Of a stretch of DNA of 26,716 nucleotides, positions 18,203 to 26,459 are shown in pieces (within the stretch, counting starts at the first letter, position 1; every line of letters starts with the position of its first letter). Position numbers and translations under genes: made by a program. The DNA lies in the NCBI GenBank assembly GCA_051117555.1, contig JBNPEG010000234.1, positions 1 through 26,716 of the forward strand, read 5' to 3'. Below the pieces are notes generated by a model. The model made no database searches, was not told the origin of the DNA, and was given only the letters and a program-made list of their open reading frames with translations. Source of the DNA: Elainellaceae cyanobacterium. Lineage in GTDB: Bacteria; Cyanobacteriota; Cyanobacteriia; CAZCXK01.

Positions 18203-19114
18203 TTAGTCCCATTGGTGTTGTCGTGCTTCATCGACTATCCCTTGAGCCTCTTCGAGTGAAATGTCATAGCGAGTGCTCAAAAGTTGGGGAATGCGATCGC
18301 AGTCGCGATTGGGATTCACATCGGGTTGGCTGGAATAAGAAGGTAGTGCAGCATTACATAAAAAAGGCGAAGGTTTCGCCTCTAGTTGAAGTGGTTCGAG
18401 ATTTTGAACTTCTCGTGAATTTATAAAAAATAGCAAGGCACCGCTGAGCTTGGCATCGCTGAGGTTGGCATCGCTGAGTAAGGCACAGTTGAGGTCGGCC
18501 CCGCTGAGGTTGGCATATCTGAGGTCGGCCCCGCTGAGGTTGGTATATCTAAGGTCTGCCCCGCAGAGGTTGGCATATCTAAGGTCTGCCCCGCAGAGGT
18601 TGGCCCCGCTGAGGTTGGCACTGATGAGGTCGGCCCCGTTGAGATTGGCACCGCTGAGGTTGGCCCCCCTGAGCTCAGCCCCGTTGAGGTCGGCCCCGCA
18701 GAGGTTAGCCCCGCAGAGGTTGGCATTACTGAGGTTGGCACAGTTGAGCTCAGCCCCGCAGAGGTCTGCCCCGCAGAGGTTGGCGCTGATGAGGTCGGCC
18801 CCGTTGAGGTCGGCATCGCTGAGGTTGGCTGTCTCTGCATTTCTGTTGGCAATGCGGAAATTGATCAGCAGGAACACTCCACCGGCAACCATCGCGACTG
18901 TCCCAATACCGCTGATGAGGGTTTCACGATGTGGGTGAGCCAGGGTTGCTCTTTCGTTGTGAGTTAGGCGACCGTCGTTGGGCTGAAGTCTACGATCGGG
19001 GAGTAACCACAGCCACCCCACCATCCCGAGAAAGACTGGAGTGGCGATCGCTCCAACTACCCACCACTTATTGATCCGTATCTTTGACTGCCACTGCTTG
19101 AATCGCTCCCGCAT
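18203..19114 (-). CDS. Membrane-anchored pentapeptide-repeat protein
   Basis: Two N-terminal hydrophobic segments, then about 25 A(D/N)Lxx repeats. SD GAGGGAGG upstream of ATG 19114. Confidence 0.9.
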   Translation of the reverse strand: MRERFKQWQSKIRINKWWVVGAIATPVFLGMVGWLWLLPDRRLQPNDGRLTHNERATLAHPHRETLISGIGTVAMVAGGVFLLINFRIANRNAETANLSDADLNGADLISANLCGADLCGAELNCANLSNANLCGANLCGADLNGAELRGANLSGANLNGADLISANLSGANLCGADLRYANLCGADLRYTNLSGADLRYANLSGADLNCALLSDANLSDAKLSGALLFFINSREVQNLEPLQLEAKPSPFLCNAALPSYSSQPDVNPNRDCDRIPQLLSTRYDISLEEAQGIVDEARQHQWD

Positions 19115-19184
19115 TCTTGAGCCTCCCTCGACGCTAAGTCCATTATCGCTCTCCTGATTCGGGAACGTCCTAATATTTATGCAC

Positions 19185-19299
19185 GCTTAACCATTCTATT
19201 CACTCCAAAGTAAACGGGGCTCTATCTTTTTACTGGAACCTAGCAGTTCAGCTCATTTATATCGTTGTCACTGCATCGAATGCAACTGGATAGTTAGAT
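19185..19299 (-). other. attC-like recombination site B (115 bp)
   Basis: Minus strand: R'' ATCTAAC, TATCCA, L'' GTTGCATT ... L' AGTGAAT, AGAATG, R' GTTAAGC. Both R boxes match consensus; central pairing is weak. Confidence 0.5.
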
Positions 19300-19385
19300 G
19301 GCGATCGCCCCTTTCCTCATAAAAGCGATTCTCTGACGGAGAGGCTATAGCCCTTTTGGGCATGGCAGCGCTAGTGCCAATGCCT

Positions 19386-19457
19386 CTCAACTACTCAACT
19401 TCTACCAAGGAGCGATCGCCCCTCAACTACTCAATTTCTACCAAGGAGCGATCGCCC
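19386..19457. repeat. 2 x 36-bp tandem repeat containing HIP1
   Basis: CTCAACTACTCAA(C/T)TTCTACCAAGGAGCGATCGCCC at 19386-19421 and 19422-19457, with one mismatch. Confidence 0.9.
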
Positions 19458-19602
19458 CTCACCACTGCCTCCACCACTATCTTCTGAGCGCCTTGCACCA
19501 CCACTCCAAACCTCAAACAACGGTCACAACCACAGTCTCCTGGATGCTCTGGCACTCACTAATAGCCTTGAAGTACAAGTGTAAAAGACCCTGTGCGGAG
19601 TC

Positions 19603-19688
19603 AGCTAACGGTGAAGTGCAGCGGCGACAGGCAACCTTTGCAACTCCACCAAGATCTCTCAACTGACCGCTTCATAGACTTGTTATCT
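19603..19688 (-). other. attC-like recombination site C (86 bp)
   Basis: Minus strand: R'' AGATAAC (contains the TAA stop of the ComB-like gene), AAGTC, L'' TATGAAGC ... L' GCTGCAC, TTCACC, R' GTTAGCT. Confidence 0.7.
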
Positions 19689-20399
19689 TGCGTGATTTGC
19701 GTAGGCTCCATTGACTAACGTAGGAACACAATCACTAACGTTCATCTCTGATGCTAAATCAACATCTTGCTCAAAGCCTCTCTCAATCAGCTCTCGACCA
19801 GAACCACATTGCCTTATCAATTGTTCTAAGGATTGGCGAAGACCTTGATATGCTTCGCTTGCTAATTGTGCTTCTGGGGACAATTTCCCTCGAAGATAGC
19901 TGATCACCGCACCTGCCCCAATAAAATCTTCAAACGAAGGGCGGAGGCTGCCGTCATGCCACTTCTCCCCGGCTGGAATCACGGCAATGCGCTGCCCATA
20001 ATTCATCGCAGCTAAAGCAACGACTCTACAATTTCTCAAACATCCGGTTAAAGTTGCAGTTCCCGCTGCTGCCAGACTTAGAGACGACCCATTGGGAGAG
20101 GGTAGGACTAAGCGAGTTCCTAAAGCAATGGCAAGCAATGAAGCTGGAGACAATGAATAACGGTTATCACCACGCTTCTCTGCAACTTCCGCGTCAACAG
20201 ATTGAGCAAACGCTTTAGTAGATTCATCTTTCCAATGATAGGGAAAAACGATCGCACCTCGGCTGTTAGCAACATCAATGCAAGTTGAAAATGAGAGAAC
20301 GTCAATAATGATAACTACATCACTGATCGTAGCTAACTGCAAAATCCCCTTCTCACCCCACTCACATCGCACCTCAAAATCAGCCTGATCGAAGTTCAT
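19683..20399 (-). CDS. 2-phosphosulfolactate phosphatase (ComB) family protein
   Basis: 'IIIDVLSFST', 'SLSPASL', 'LPSPNGS', 'IPAGEKW', 'RPSFEDFIGAGAVI', 'SGRELIERGFEQDV'. Confidence 0.85.
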   Translation of the reverse strand: MNFDQADFEVRCEWGEKGILQLATISDVVIIIDVLSFSTCIDVANSRGAIVFPYHWKDESTKAFAQSVDAEVAEKRGDNRYSLSPASLLAIALGTRLVLPSPNGSSLSLAAAGTATLTGCLRNCRVVALAAMNYGQRIAVIPAGEKWHDGSLRPSFEDFIGAGAVISYLRGKLSPEAQLASEAYQGLRQSLEQLIRQCGSGRELIERGFEQDVDLASEMNVSDCVPTLVNGAYANHAR

Positions 20400-20477
20400 A
20401 AACTACAATTACCACTTGCCTGACGTCAAATACCTCACAGATAGCTTAACTGTAATGCCCAACCCGAAAACGGAGCA

Positions 20478-20566
20478 AGATAACGGTTCGCTTCACCCGC
20501 CGCAGATACCTTCGAATTCCTAACAGACAACCTCTCAACGGTCGGGTGCATGGGCGTTGTTTATGC
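20478..20566 (-). other. attC-like recombination site D (89 bp)
   Basis: Minus strand: R'' GCATAAAC (one extra A), AACGCC, L'' CATGCACC, CGACCG ... CGGCG, L' GGTGAAG, CGAACC, R' GTTATCT. Confidence 0.65.
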
Positions 20567-20597
20567 TGCGATCGCTTGCTTCAAGGATATGTCTAAA

Positions 20598-20621
20598 GGT
20601 GCGTCATCGGACGCACCCTAC
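20598..20621 (-). repeat. GTAG-type REP-like palindrome
   Basis: Minus strand GTAG GGTGCGTC CGAT GACGCACC: a GTAG tetranucleotide followed by a perfect 8-bp stem. Confidence 0.6.
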
Positions 20622-20636
20622 AAGATGGCGATCGCA

Positions 20637-21053
20637 CTAGTCGTCAGACTCGCGGGCATGTTCCACCAGCTCTGCCAGTAATGCTGCACGATCCGTAACT
20701 GCACGAGTCACGAGTTCGGCAGGCACAGAGCCCGAAGTATGCTTACTTCCCCAAACCATTAAATCGACCAGTACCGGAATCAGCTCCAGACCACTCTCGG
20801 TTGGAACATATCTACGACTGCGGCCATCGCGGGGATCTCTTCGCCGCTCAAGTACGCCAGCCTCGATCAATCGTTCAAGCCGGTCAGTCAGGGTATTCGT
20901 GGCGATGCCTTCGTCGTCGGCGATGTCTGAGAACGTGCGGCGCTGACCCAACACCACGTCACGCAGCACCACTAGCGTCCATCGGTCTCCTAATAGATCT
21001 AGAGCGCAGGCAATCGGGCAGTTTGAGCGCGGCGTGTCTTTTCCAGACGGCAT
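20637..21053 (-). CDS. HxlR/DUF24-family winged-helix transcriptional regulator
   Basis: 'SNCPIACALDLLGDRWTLVVLRD', 'GIATNTLTDRLERL', 'G.ELIPVL..L..WG'. Conserved N-terminal Cys. Confidence 0.9.
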   Translation of the reverse strand: MPSGKDTPRSNCPIACALDLLGDRWTLVVLRDVVLGQRRTFSDIADDEGIATNTLTDRLERLIEAGVLERRRDPRDGRSRRYVPTESGLELIPVLVDLMVWGSKHTSGSVPAELVTRAVTDRAALLAELVEHARESDD

Positions 21054-21095
21054 AAATCGATAATCGTTTATGGTTCAGGGGCTTCAGAATTATAG

Positions 21096-21159
21096 CTTGC
21101 ATTTTGCCAGCCAAAAAGTTACTCTTGTTTTGCAAGTTAAATGACTTGTGTTTTGCTAC
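21096..21159. promoter_or_regulatory. Three operator-like boxes in the hxlR/isochorismatase divergent promoter
   Basis: CTTGCATTTTGCCAG (21096), CTCTTGTTTTGCAAG (21122) and CTTGTGTTTTGCTAC (21145) approximate CTTGCA-N3-TGCAAG. TATAAT on the minus strand at 21089-21094. Confidence 0.55.
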
Positions 21160-21264
21160 TGTGTGACTACCCCTAGTCGTGACGTCCTGCCTAGCTGAAC
21201 TGTCATGTTGTGAAACAAAACGCGCGGGACTTTCTCGCCTCACTCCACCGGAAAGGAACGATTC

Positions 21265-21900
21265 ATGGACGAAACCAGATATCCCGAAGGTAGCACCGCG
21301 CTACTCTTCATCGACCCCTACAACGACTTCCTTGCAGAGGAGGGCAAGATGTGGCCCGCCCTCAGCGAGGTTGCCAAATCGGTCGACCTTCATGCCAACC
21401 TCACTCGGGTCCGTACGGCAGTGCGCCAGGCGGGCATGCCGATCTTCATTCTGCCCCATCACCGGCACAAGTCCACGGACTTTGAAGGATGGGCGCACCT
21501 GACACCCTCACAGAGTGCAGCGCACGAATACCAGTTGTTCGCAGTCGACAGCTGGGGCGGTGAATGGTATCCAGGCTTCGGCCCCGAACCTGGCGATATC
21601 GTCGTCAAGGAACACTGGGGTGCGTCCAGCTTCGCCAACACCGACCTGGATGTGCAGTTGCGCCAGCACGGTATCACCCACGTCATCTTCATCGGCTTGA
21701 TTGCCAATACCTGTATCGAAACGTCAGCGCGCTATGCGGCCGAACTGGGCTACCATGTAACTCTGGTTCGCGACGCAACGGCGGCCTTGTCTCCAGAAGC
21801 GCTGCATGCCGCCCACGAGATTAACGGCCCGACCTATGCGCACGCCATTCTCACCACGGCAGAGGTTGTCTCGAGACTTGTGGGTGCGAACGCCGCATGA
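21265..21900 (+). CDS. Isochorismatase-family cysteine hydrolase
   Basis: 'TALLFIDPYNDF' (Asp), 'VVKEHWGASSF' (Lys), 'GLIANTCIETSAR' (Cys). SD GGAAAGGA. Confidence 0.92.
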   Translation: MDETRYPEGSTALLFIDPYNDFLAEEGKMWPALSEVAKSVDLHANLTRVRTAVRQAGMPIFILPHHRHKSTDFEGWAHLTPSQSAAHEYQLFAVDSWGGEWYPGFGPEPGDIVVKEHWGASSFANTDLDVQLRQHGITHVIFIGLIANTCIETSARYAAELGYHVTLVRDATAALSPEALHAAHEINGPTYAHAILTTAEVVSRLVGANAA

Positions 21901-22009
21901 TCCTCAGCAACACAGCAACGACACTTGTTGCCAAACGTGCCGCGCCGAAAATGCTCTGGAGGCTTCTTTTTGCCAGTGCCTTTCTCATCGACATCTGACG
22001 CCAGGTCCA

Positions 22010-22174
22010 ATAGTCGTTCGGCGCAGGCCATCCGCAGCGGCAATTTTTGAAAACGTGCGGCGCTGACCCAAAAGTACATTGCGCAGCACCACCAGTGTCC
22101 ATCGGCCCTTTAAATAGATCTAGAGCGCAGGCAATCAGGCAGTTTGAGTGCGGCGTGTCTTTGCCAGATGACGT
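22010..22174 (-). pseudogene. Decayed partial duplicate of the hxlR gene (5' part)
   Basis: Aligns with 20932-21053. Start codon ATG changed to ACG (22172-22174), a +1 indel near 22110, and the 3' half is lost. Confidence 0.8.
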
Positions 22175-22280
22175 AAATCACTGATCGCTGATGGTTCGAG
22201 GGCTTCAGAATTATAGCTTGCATTTTACCAGTCAAAAAGTTACTCTTTTTTTGCAAGCTAAATAACTTGTGTTTTGCAAG
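22052..22280. repeat. About 225-bp imperfect direct repeat of 20932-21159 (hxlR 5' end plus divergent promoter)
   Basis: Shared blocks include AACGTGCGGCGCTGACCCAA, TAGATCTAGAGCGCAGGCAATC, GGGCTTCAGAATTATAGCTTGCATTTT and AAAAAGTTACTCTT. Operator-like boxes at 22217, 22243 and 22266. Confidence 0.9.
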
Positions 22281-22319
22281 CTAACTAAGCGGGTCATTAT
22301 TGGCTGAAGGACTATCCCT

Positions 22320-23060
22320 ATGGATCTCAATGGAAAGCGCATCGTCATCACAGGTGGTAGTTCAGGGATTGGGCTGGCTATGGCGCGATCGCTCGCCGCT
22401 GAAGGTGCCCACGTGGTGATCACGGGCCGCGATCAGACGAAGCTAGCGGCGGCGGCATCCCAACATGCCAATATTTCCTCCCAGGTCTGCGATGTGGCTG
22501 ACGAGGCGGCGGTTGTTGCCCTGCGCGACGCTATGGATGCGGCAGGCGGCACGGATATGTTGGTCAACAATGCGGGGATTATGCACGCATTTGATGTCAC
22601 CCAGGGTTTCCCGCTGGAGAAACAGCTGCAAGAAATCGACATCGATGTGTCAGGCCCGGTGCGCTTAATTCATCACTTCTTGCCGGGGATGATGCAACGC
22701 GAGTCGATAATTGTCAACATCAGCTCAGGTTTAGCCTACGTTCCCTATGCTTTTGCACCAGTTTACAGTGCGGCCAAAGCATTCTTACACTCGTACACTC
22801 AAAGCCTACGCGCGCAGTTAGCCGCCACCTCAGTCCGAGTTGTTGAGCTACTGCCACCAGTGGTCGATACCGAGCTAGCTGGCGATTTAGATCCGTCATT
22901 CCCTCGCATGTCGCCCGACAAGTTAGTTGCAGCGCTAATCAAGGGGTTAAACAACAATACTGACGAGATTGCCCCTGGCCAATCGGCACAGTTGAAACTC
23001 ATGAGCCGCCTAGCGCCAAGATTTCTCTTTAAACAAATGAATAAGAATCCACGAGGCTAG
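22320..23060 (+). CDS. Short-chain dehydrogenase/reductase (DltE-like)
   Basis: TGGSSGIG, NNAG, 'NISSGL', YSAAK catalytic motif, 'VVELLPPVVDT'. Confidence 0.93.
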   Translation: MDLNGKRIVITGGSSGIGLAMARSLAAEGAHVVITGRDQTKLAAAASQHANISSQVCDVADEAAVVALRDAMDAAGGTDMLVNNAGIMHAFDVTQGFPLEKQLQEIDIDVSGPVRLIHHFLPGMMQRESIIVNISSGLAYVPYAFAPVYSAAKAFLHSYTQSLRAQLAATSVRVVELLPPVVDTELAGDLDPSFPRMSPDKLVAALIKGLNNNTDEIAPGQSAQLKLMSRLAPRFLFKQMNKNPRG

Positions 23061-23161
23061 CCATAGCACATAACTCAGACGGATTACGCATGGGTTAAAG
23101 GCTAATGAGAACAGTTGTTGTCACACAATCTGAGACGTTTATAGGGCGTTGTTGAACCTGC

Positions 23162-24028
23162 ATGAACCTTGACTTCACCACCATTGACGGATTGCGCATC
23201 CGATTTGCGGCCAGCCGCAATCCGGGCAAACCGCAACTGGTTCTACTTTCGCCCCAGCCGCAGAGCCTTTTGGTCTATCGCCACTGGTGGCCACAACTGA
23301 AGAACGATTTCGACGTGGTGGCTGTCGATCTTCCCAACCATGGACATTCTCAAGCAGCCAAGCATGTTACTACGGTTAGCCAACAGGGTGCATTCTTTGG
23401 ACGAATCTTAGATCACTTCGACTTTGTAAACCCGCACGTAGTGGGGCCGGATGTAGGGACACCCACCGTATTGCGCTACATGGTCAATACGCCCGGACGG
23501 ATCAAATCTGCAACTGTCGGAGATGCGGGCTGCGTATGGCCAATTGATGGGCAACCTCTGTTTCGTTGGCTATGCACCAGCCGCCTAGTTTATCTGTCAA
23601 TCCTGTCTTGTGGCGGGCCAATTGGCGGACGGATTTATACTGCTGTGGCCAATATCATCGGCTACCGAAACGCCTACCCTAGCCAAGACATCCTTAGAGA
23701 TTATCGTCAGAGTTCAACCCACTTCGGTCGGCTTCGCGGTCAGATCGGTTTTCTCGCTAGCTACCCAGATGAGAATCCCCGGCTCTATCAAGATCTTTCC
23801 AATATCACCACTCCCGTGCAGGTTCTGCATGGCCAATACGATTTGTTCGTAGCCGTTAGTAACTCCTGGCGGTTGCACAAAAAGCTGCCTAATAGTCGGT
23901 TTGACATGGTAGAGAACGCCGCACACTATTCCTATGAAGACAATCCTGAAGGATACCTAAGGCGGGTTCTAGATTGGATATATATTGCCGAGTTCGGCAA
24001 CGTTGACAAATATTCTGCTTCCTTTTAA
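23162..24028 (+). CDS. Alpha/beta hydrolase with Asp nucleophile (epoxide hydrolase/dehalogenase-like)
   Basis: 'AVDLPNHGHS', elbow 'VVGPDVG', 'VLHGQYDLFV', 'AAHYSYED'. Confidence 0.85.
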   Translation: MNLDFTTIDGLRIRFAASRNPGKPQLVLLSPQPQSLLVYRHWWPQLKNDFDVVAVDLPNHGHSQAAKHVTTVSQQGAFFGRILDHFDFVNPHVVGPDVGTPTVLRYMVNTPGRIKSATVGDAGCVWPIDGQPLFRWLCTSRLVYLSILSCGGPIGGRIYTAVANIIGYRNAYPSQDILRDYRQSSTHFGRLRGQIGFLASYPDENPRLYQDLSNITTPVQVLHGQYDLFVAVSNSWRLHKKLPNSRFDMVENAAHYSYEDNPEGYLRRVLDWIYIAEFGNVDKYSASF

Positions 24029-24277
24029 GACACTGTCTATCATGTGTCGGTTGTTTTTAGGGCAATGTCGAGAAGTTACACACCAGACGAATTACCTGCG
24101 TGGTTAGTGTTTCACTGGCTTCGAATCACTATCGCACTAACAACGGCATATCTTGCAGTTAGCGCTGCACTTAAAGCGGCCATGCAAGCGTGACAACAGA
24201 TTACATCAAAGAGAATGTAATGACCCGACACCAATGACTTAAATAAATGACTTAAATAATGGAGAAAGCGAATCATC

Positions 24278-24790
24278 ATGAATAATTGGATTATCTTGGG
24301 CGTTCAAAGCACCATTGGATTATTTGTATACACATTGATATTTTTCTGGTACGTGCAACCGATTCTCTCAAAACTACCCTTTGAAAAAGCCGTTTTACCG
24401 CTGCTACTTTTGCACGTTTTTCGATTCGCGGGCTTTGCGTTGCTGGTGGTTGGTCAGGTCGATCCGTCCTTGCCACGACCAGTAATGTCTGCGATCGCCT
24501 ACGGTGATTTACTCGCTGGCATCAGCGCATTAATTGCTGCGCTTGCCCTGCGCAGACGCTCTGGCTTGGCCGTACCGTTGATTTGGCTCTTCACCCTGAT
24601 TGGATTTGCAGACATCGCCAATGTTGGGCGTATCGCCATCAACCTCGATTTGTTCAATCACTACATTGGCACGATGTGGTTCGTGTCGATCTTGTTTTTT
24701 CCGATCCTGCTAATCGCCCACGTTTATATTTTGCATCGCCTCGTTAACAGAGGAAACGAAGATTTTGAAGTGAGTGCCGTCGAGACCTGA
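24278..24790 (+). CDS. Hypothetical integral membrane protein
   Basis: About 5 hydrophobic helices; 'LLLLHVFRF' and 'AYGDLLAG'. SD GGAG. Confidence 0.8.
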   Translation: MNNWIILGVQSTIGLFVYTLIFFWYVQPILSKLPFEKAVLPLLLLHVFRFAGFALLVVGQVDPSLPRPVMSAIAYGDLLAGISALIAALALRRRSGLAVPLIWLFTLIGFADIANVGRIAINLDLFNHYIGTMWFVSILFFPILLIAHVYILHRLVNRGNEDFEVSAVET

Positions 24791-24876
24791 TCGCAGCATA
24801 TTTTCAACACAATTCAAATGATCTGCCAAATCCACTAAGTAGGAGGAGCAAATTAAACCTAGCTTAAGCTTCCGGG

Positions 24877-24934
24877 TTTCGACTCCGCTCAACCCTCTTC
24901 CCAGAAACGGATCGAGCATTGAGCGGAGTCGAAA
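24877..24934. repeat. Perfect 16-bp inverted repeat (REP-like)
   Basis: TTTCGACTCCGCTCAA (24877-24892) and TTGAGCGGAGTCGAAA (24919-24934), separated by a 26-bp loop. Confidence 0.85.
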
Positions 24935-25000
24935 TGCGTCTCATAGATAATCAGACCTACTTACTTACTTACTTACTGTGCAAAGGATTGAAAACAATTG

Positions 25001-25435
25001 ATGAATACCACAACAAAATCTCGACCCATCATGATTACGGGAATAGCCGTTCTGATGCTGCTGACCATCACTCGGTTGCAGGCGATCTTGTTTATTTCTA
25101 GCCTTGAAATATTTGGCGGCATCAGCCCTGATGCTTGGTTGGGACCCTGGGTTAGCGATGCTATTTTGGGCGTCTTGTTGCCAATTATGGTTTACTTCAT
25201 CCTGCGTGGATCTGGCCTTAAGCTCTGGGGACTATTGGTGCTCTATAACGCTGTGGGAGCCTTCGATTATTCCCAAGGACTGGCAACCCAATGGACAGAT
25301 CCACTACCATCGGCGATCGCCAGTTCAAACTTGGTTTATGGAGCCCTTGGCGTCACTCTCTCGTTACAGCTTGTGGCGCTTTTGCTCTTATTTCGGAACG
25401 ACGTAATTTATCACTTCAAAGAATATCAAAGATGA
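25001..25435 (+). CDS. Hypothetical membrane protein
   Basis: About 4 hydrophobic helices; ATG 25001; co-oriented with neighbours. Confidence 0.75.
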   Translation: MNTTTKSRPIMITGIAVLMLLTITRLQAILFISSLEIFGGISPDAWLGPWVSDAILGVLLPIMVYFILRGSGLKLWGLLVLYNAVGAFDYSQGLATQWTDPLPSAIASSNLVYGALGVTLSLQLVALLLLFRNDVIYHFKEYQR

Positions 25436-25466
25436 CCCTTACCCTTAGGTTAAAGACTCAAAAAAG

Positions 25467-25916
25467 ATGAAGAACCTAGTAGAAATTATTGCCATTATTG
25501 CTACTGCTGCTTTTGCTGGCAATATGATTAATATCGGCATGAGCTATGCACGCCACTGGCAATCTATTGATCCAATTGCCTTTATGCAAGATTTCAAGGT
25601 AAAGTTTCCACTGCTTTTACCCCCTACGGCAGCCACTCTTTTACCTGCCTTAATTACAACCCTGCTAGCAGTTGTCTTCAATTGGAATAACCCTGAAACT
25701 CGACTACTTTGGCTGATCGCTTTGCTTGGATTGTTGCTTACCGTAGCTATTACGCTAATTTACCATTTGCCCAACAACCTGGCTTTCATGGACCTGAAAT
25801 ATAGCCCGGCAAAAGCAACCAGTCGATTGCAAACCTGGGTACTACTGCATTGGGTGCGAGTGGTGGTGGCGATCGCCGCCGCAGTGTTTGCAATCCTAGG
25901 GTTTCAAAAGTCATGA
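25467..25916 (+). CDS. DUF1772 / anthrone-oxygenase-like membrane protein
   Basis: Four hydrophobic helices, 'TLIYHLPNN' and C-terminal 'W..LHWVRVV'. Confidence 0.75.
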   Translation: MKNLVEIIAIIATAAFAGNMINIGMSYARHWQSIDPIAFMQDFKVKFPLLLPPTAATLLPALITTLLAVVFNWNNPETRLLWLIALLGLLLTVAITLIYHLPNNLAFMDLKYSPAKATSRLQTWVLLHWVRVVVAIAAAVFAILGFQKS

Positions 25917-25946
25917 AACAAGTAGAAAAACATATATTTGGCCTGT

Positions 25947-26459
25947 ATGAATACTCCATCCCATGCAATTATCAACCTGGCTATTTTAGGACAGAAGTCT
26001 CGTCCTGAGTGGAACCGGCCGATTGTGCTGGGAGCGCTCATTCCAGATTTGGCCATGTTTGTTTTTTATGGCTGGGCCAGACTGATAGCGGGCATGTCAG
26101 AGACGCAGATCTGGGATGTCGCCTACTATGAATCGTTCTGGCAAAACACATTCGACCTTTGGAACTCGATCCCACTTGCGCTGGTCGGAATCAGCCTGGG
26201 CGTAGGCTTAGGACGACAGAAAAAGCTGCGCAGTCTGGGGGCTGCGATCGCCATTGGCTGCGCTAGTATCCTACTCCATTGTTTAGAAGATCTCCTCCTT
26301 CACCGAGAAGATGCCCATCGCCATTTCTGGCCTTTAAGTAATGTCCGCTTCCAGAGCCCAGTTTCCTACTGGGACCCCAATCATTACGGCCATATCTTTG
26401 TCGTGTTCGAGGTCGGGCTGGTACTGGCGCTGAGTGTTTATGTTTTTCGGCGTTGCTGA
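25947..26459 (+). CDS. Membrane-bound metal-dependent hydrolase (YdjM/DUF4184-like), probably C-terminally truncated by an IS end
   Basis: 'MNTPSH', 'LGALIPDL', 'LLHCLEDLLLHREDAHRHFWPLS', 'SPVSYWDP'. The last codons and the stop come from the putative IS terminal repeat. Confidence 0.8.
   Translation: MNTPSHAIINLAILGQKSRPEWNRPIVLGALIPDLAMFVFYGWARLIAGMSETQIWDVAYYESFWQNTFDLWNSIPLALVGISLGVGLGRQKKLRSLGAAIAIGCASILLHCLEDLLLHREDAHRHFWPLSNVRFQSPVSYWDPNHYGHIFVVFEVGLVLALSVYVFRRC

Noticed and set aside
18421..18938. Long alternative-frame ORFs (PTSA- and APLRL-repeat) over the pentapeptide gene
   Set aside because: Shadow frames of the 15-bp periodic repeat. The A(D/N)Lxx frame has the RBS and a known fold.
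19386..19457. 36-bp repeats as a mini-CRISPR
   Set aside because: Only two copies, directly adjacent with no spacer, and no cas genes.
15388..20399. Cysteate synthase plus ComB-like gene as a coenzyme M pathway
   Set aside because: They belong to alternative CoM routes, are separated by pyrC, ComB is on a separate cassette, and no comA/C/D/E is present. Proximity is probably coincidental.
23145..23166. GGCGTTGTTGAA...ATGAA resembling the IS1 terminal repeat at 26449
   Set aside because: 11/12 match only, same orientation, and no transposase sequence follows.
24134..24165. GCACTAAC...GTTAGCGC as a further attC site
   Set aside because: Far too short, with no L boxes.
24233..24259. AATGACTTAAATA twice upstream of the 24278 gene
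   Set aside because: A short tandem duplication of a kind common in cyanobacterial intergenic DNA; no evidence of function.
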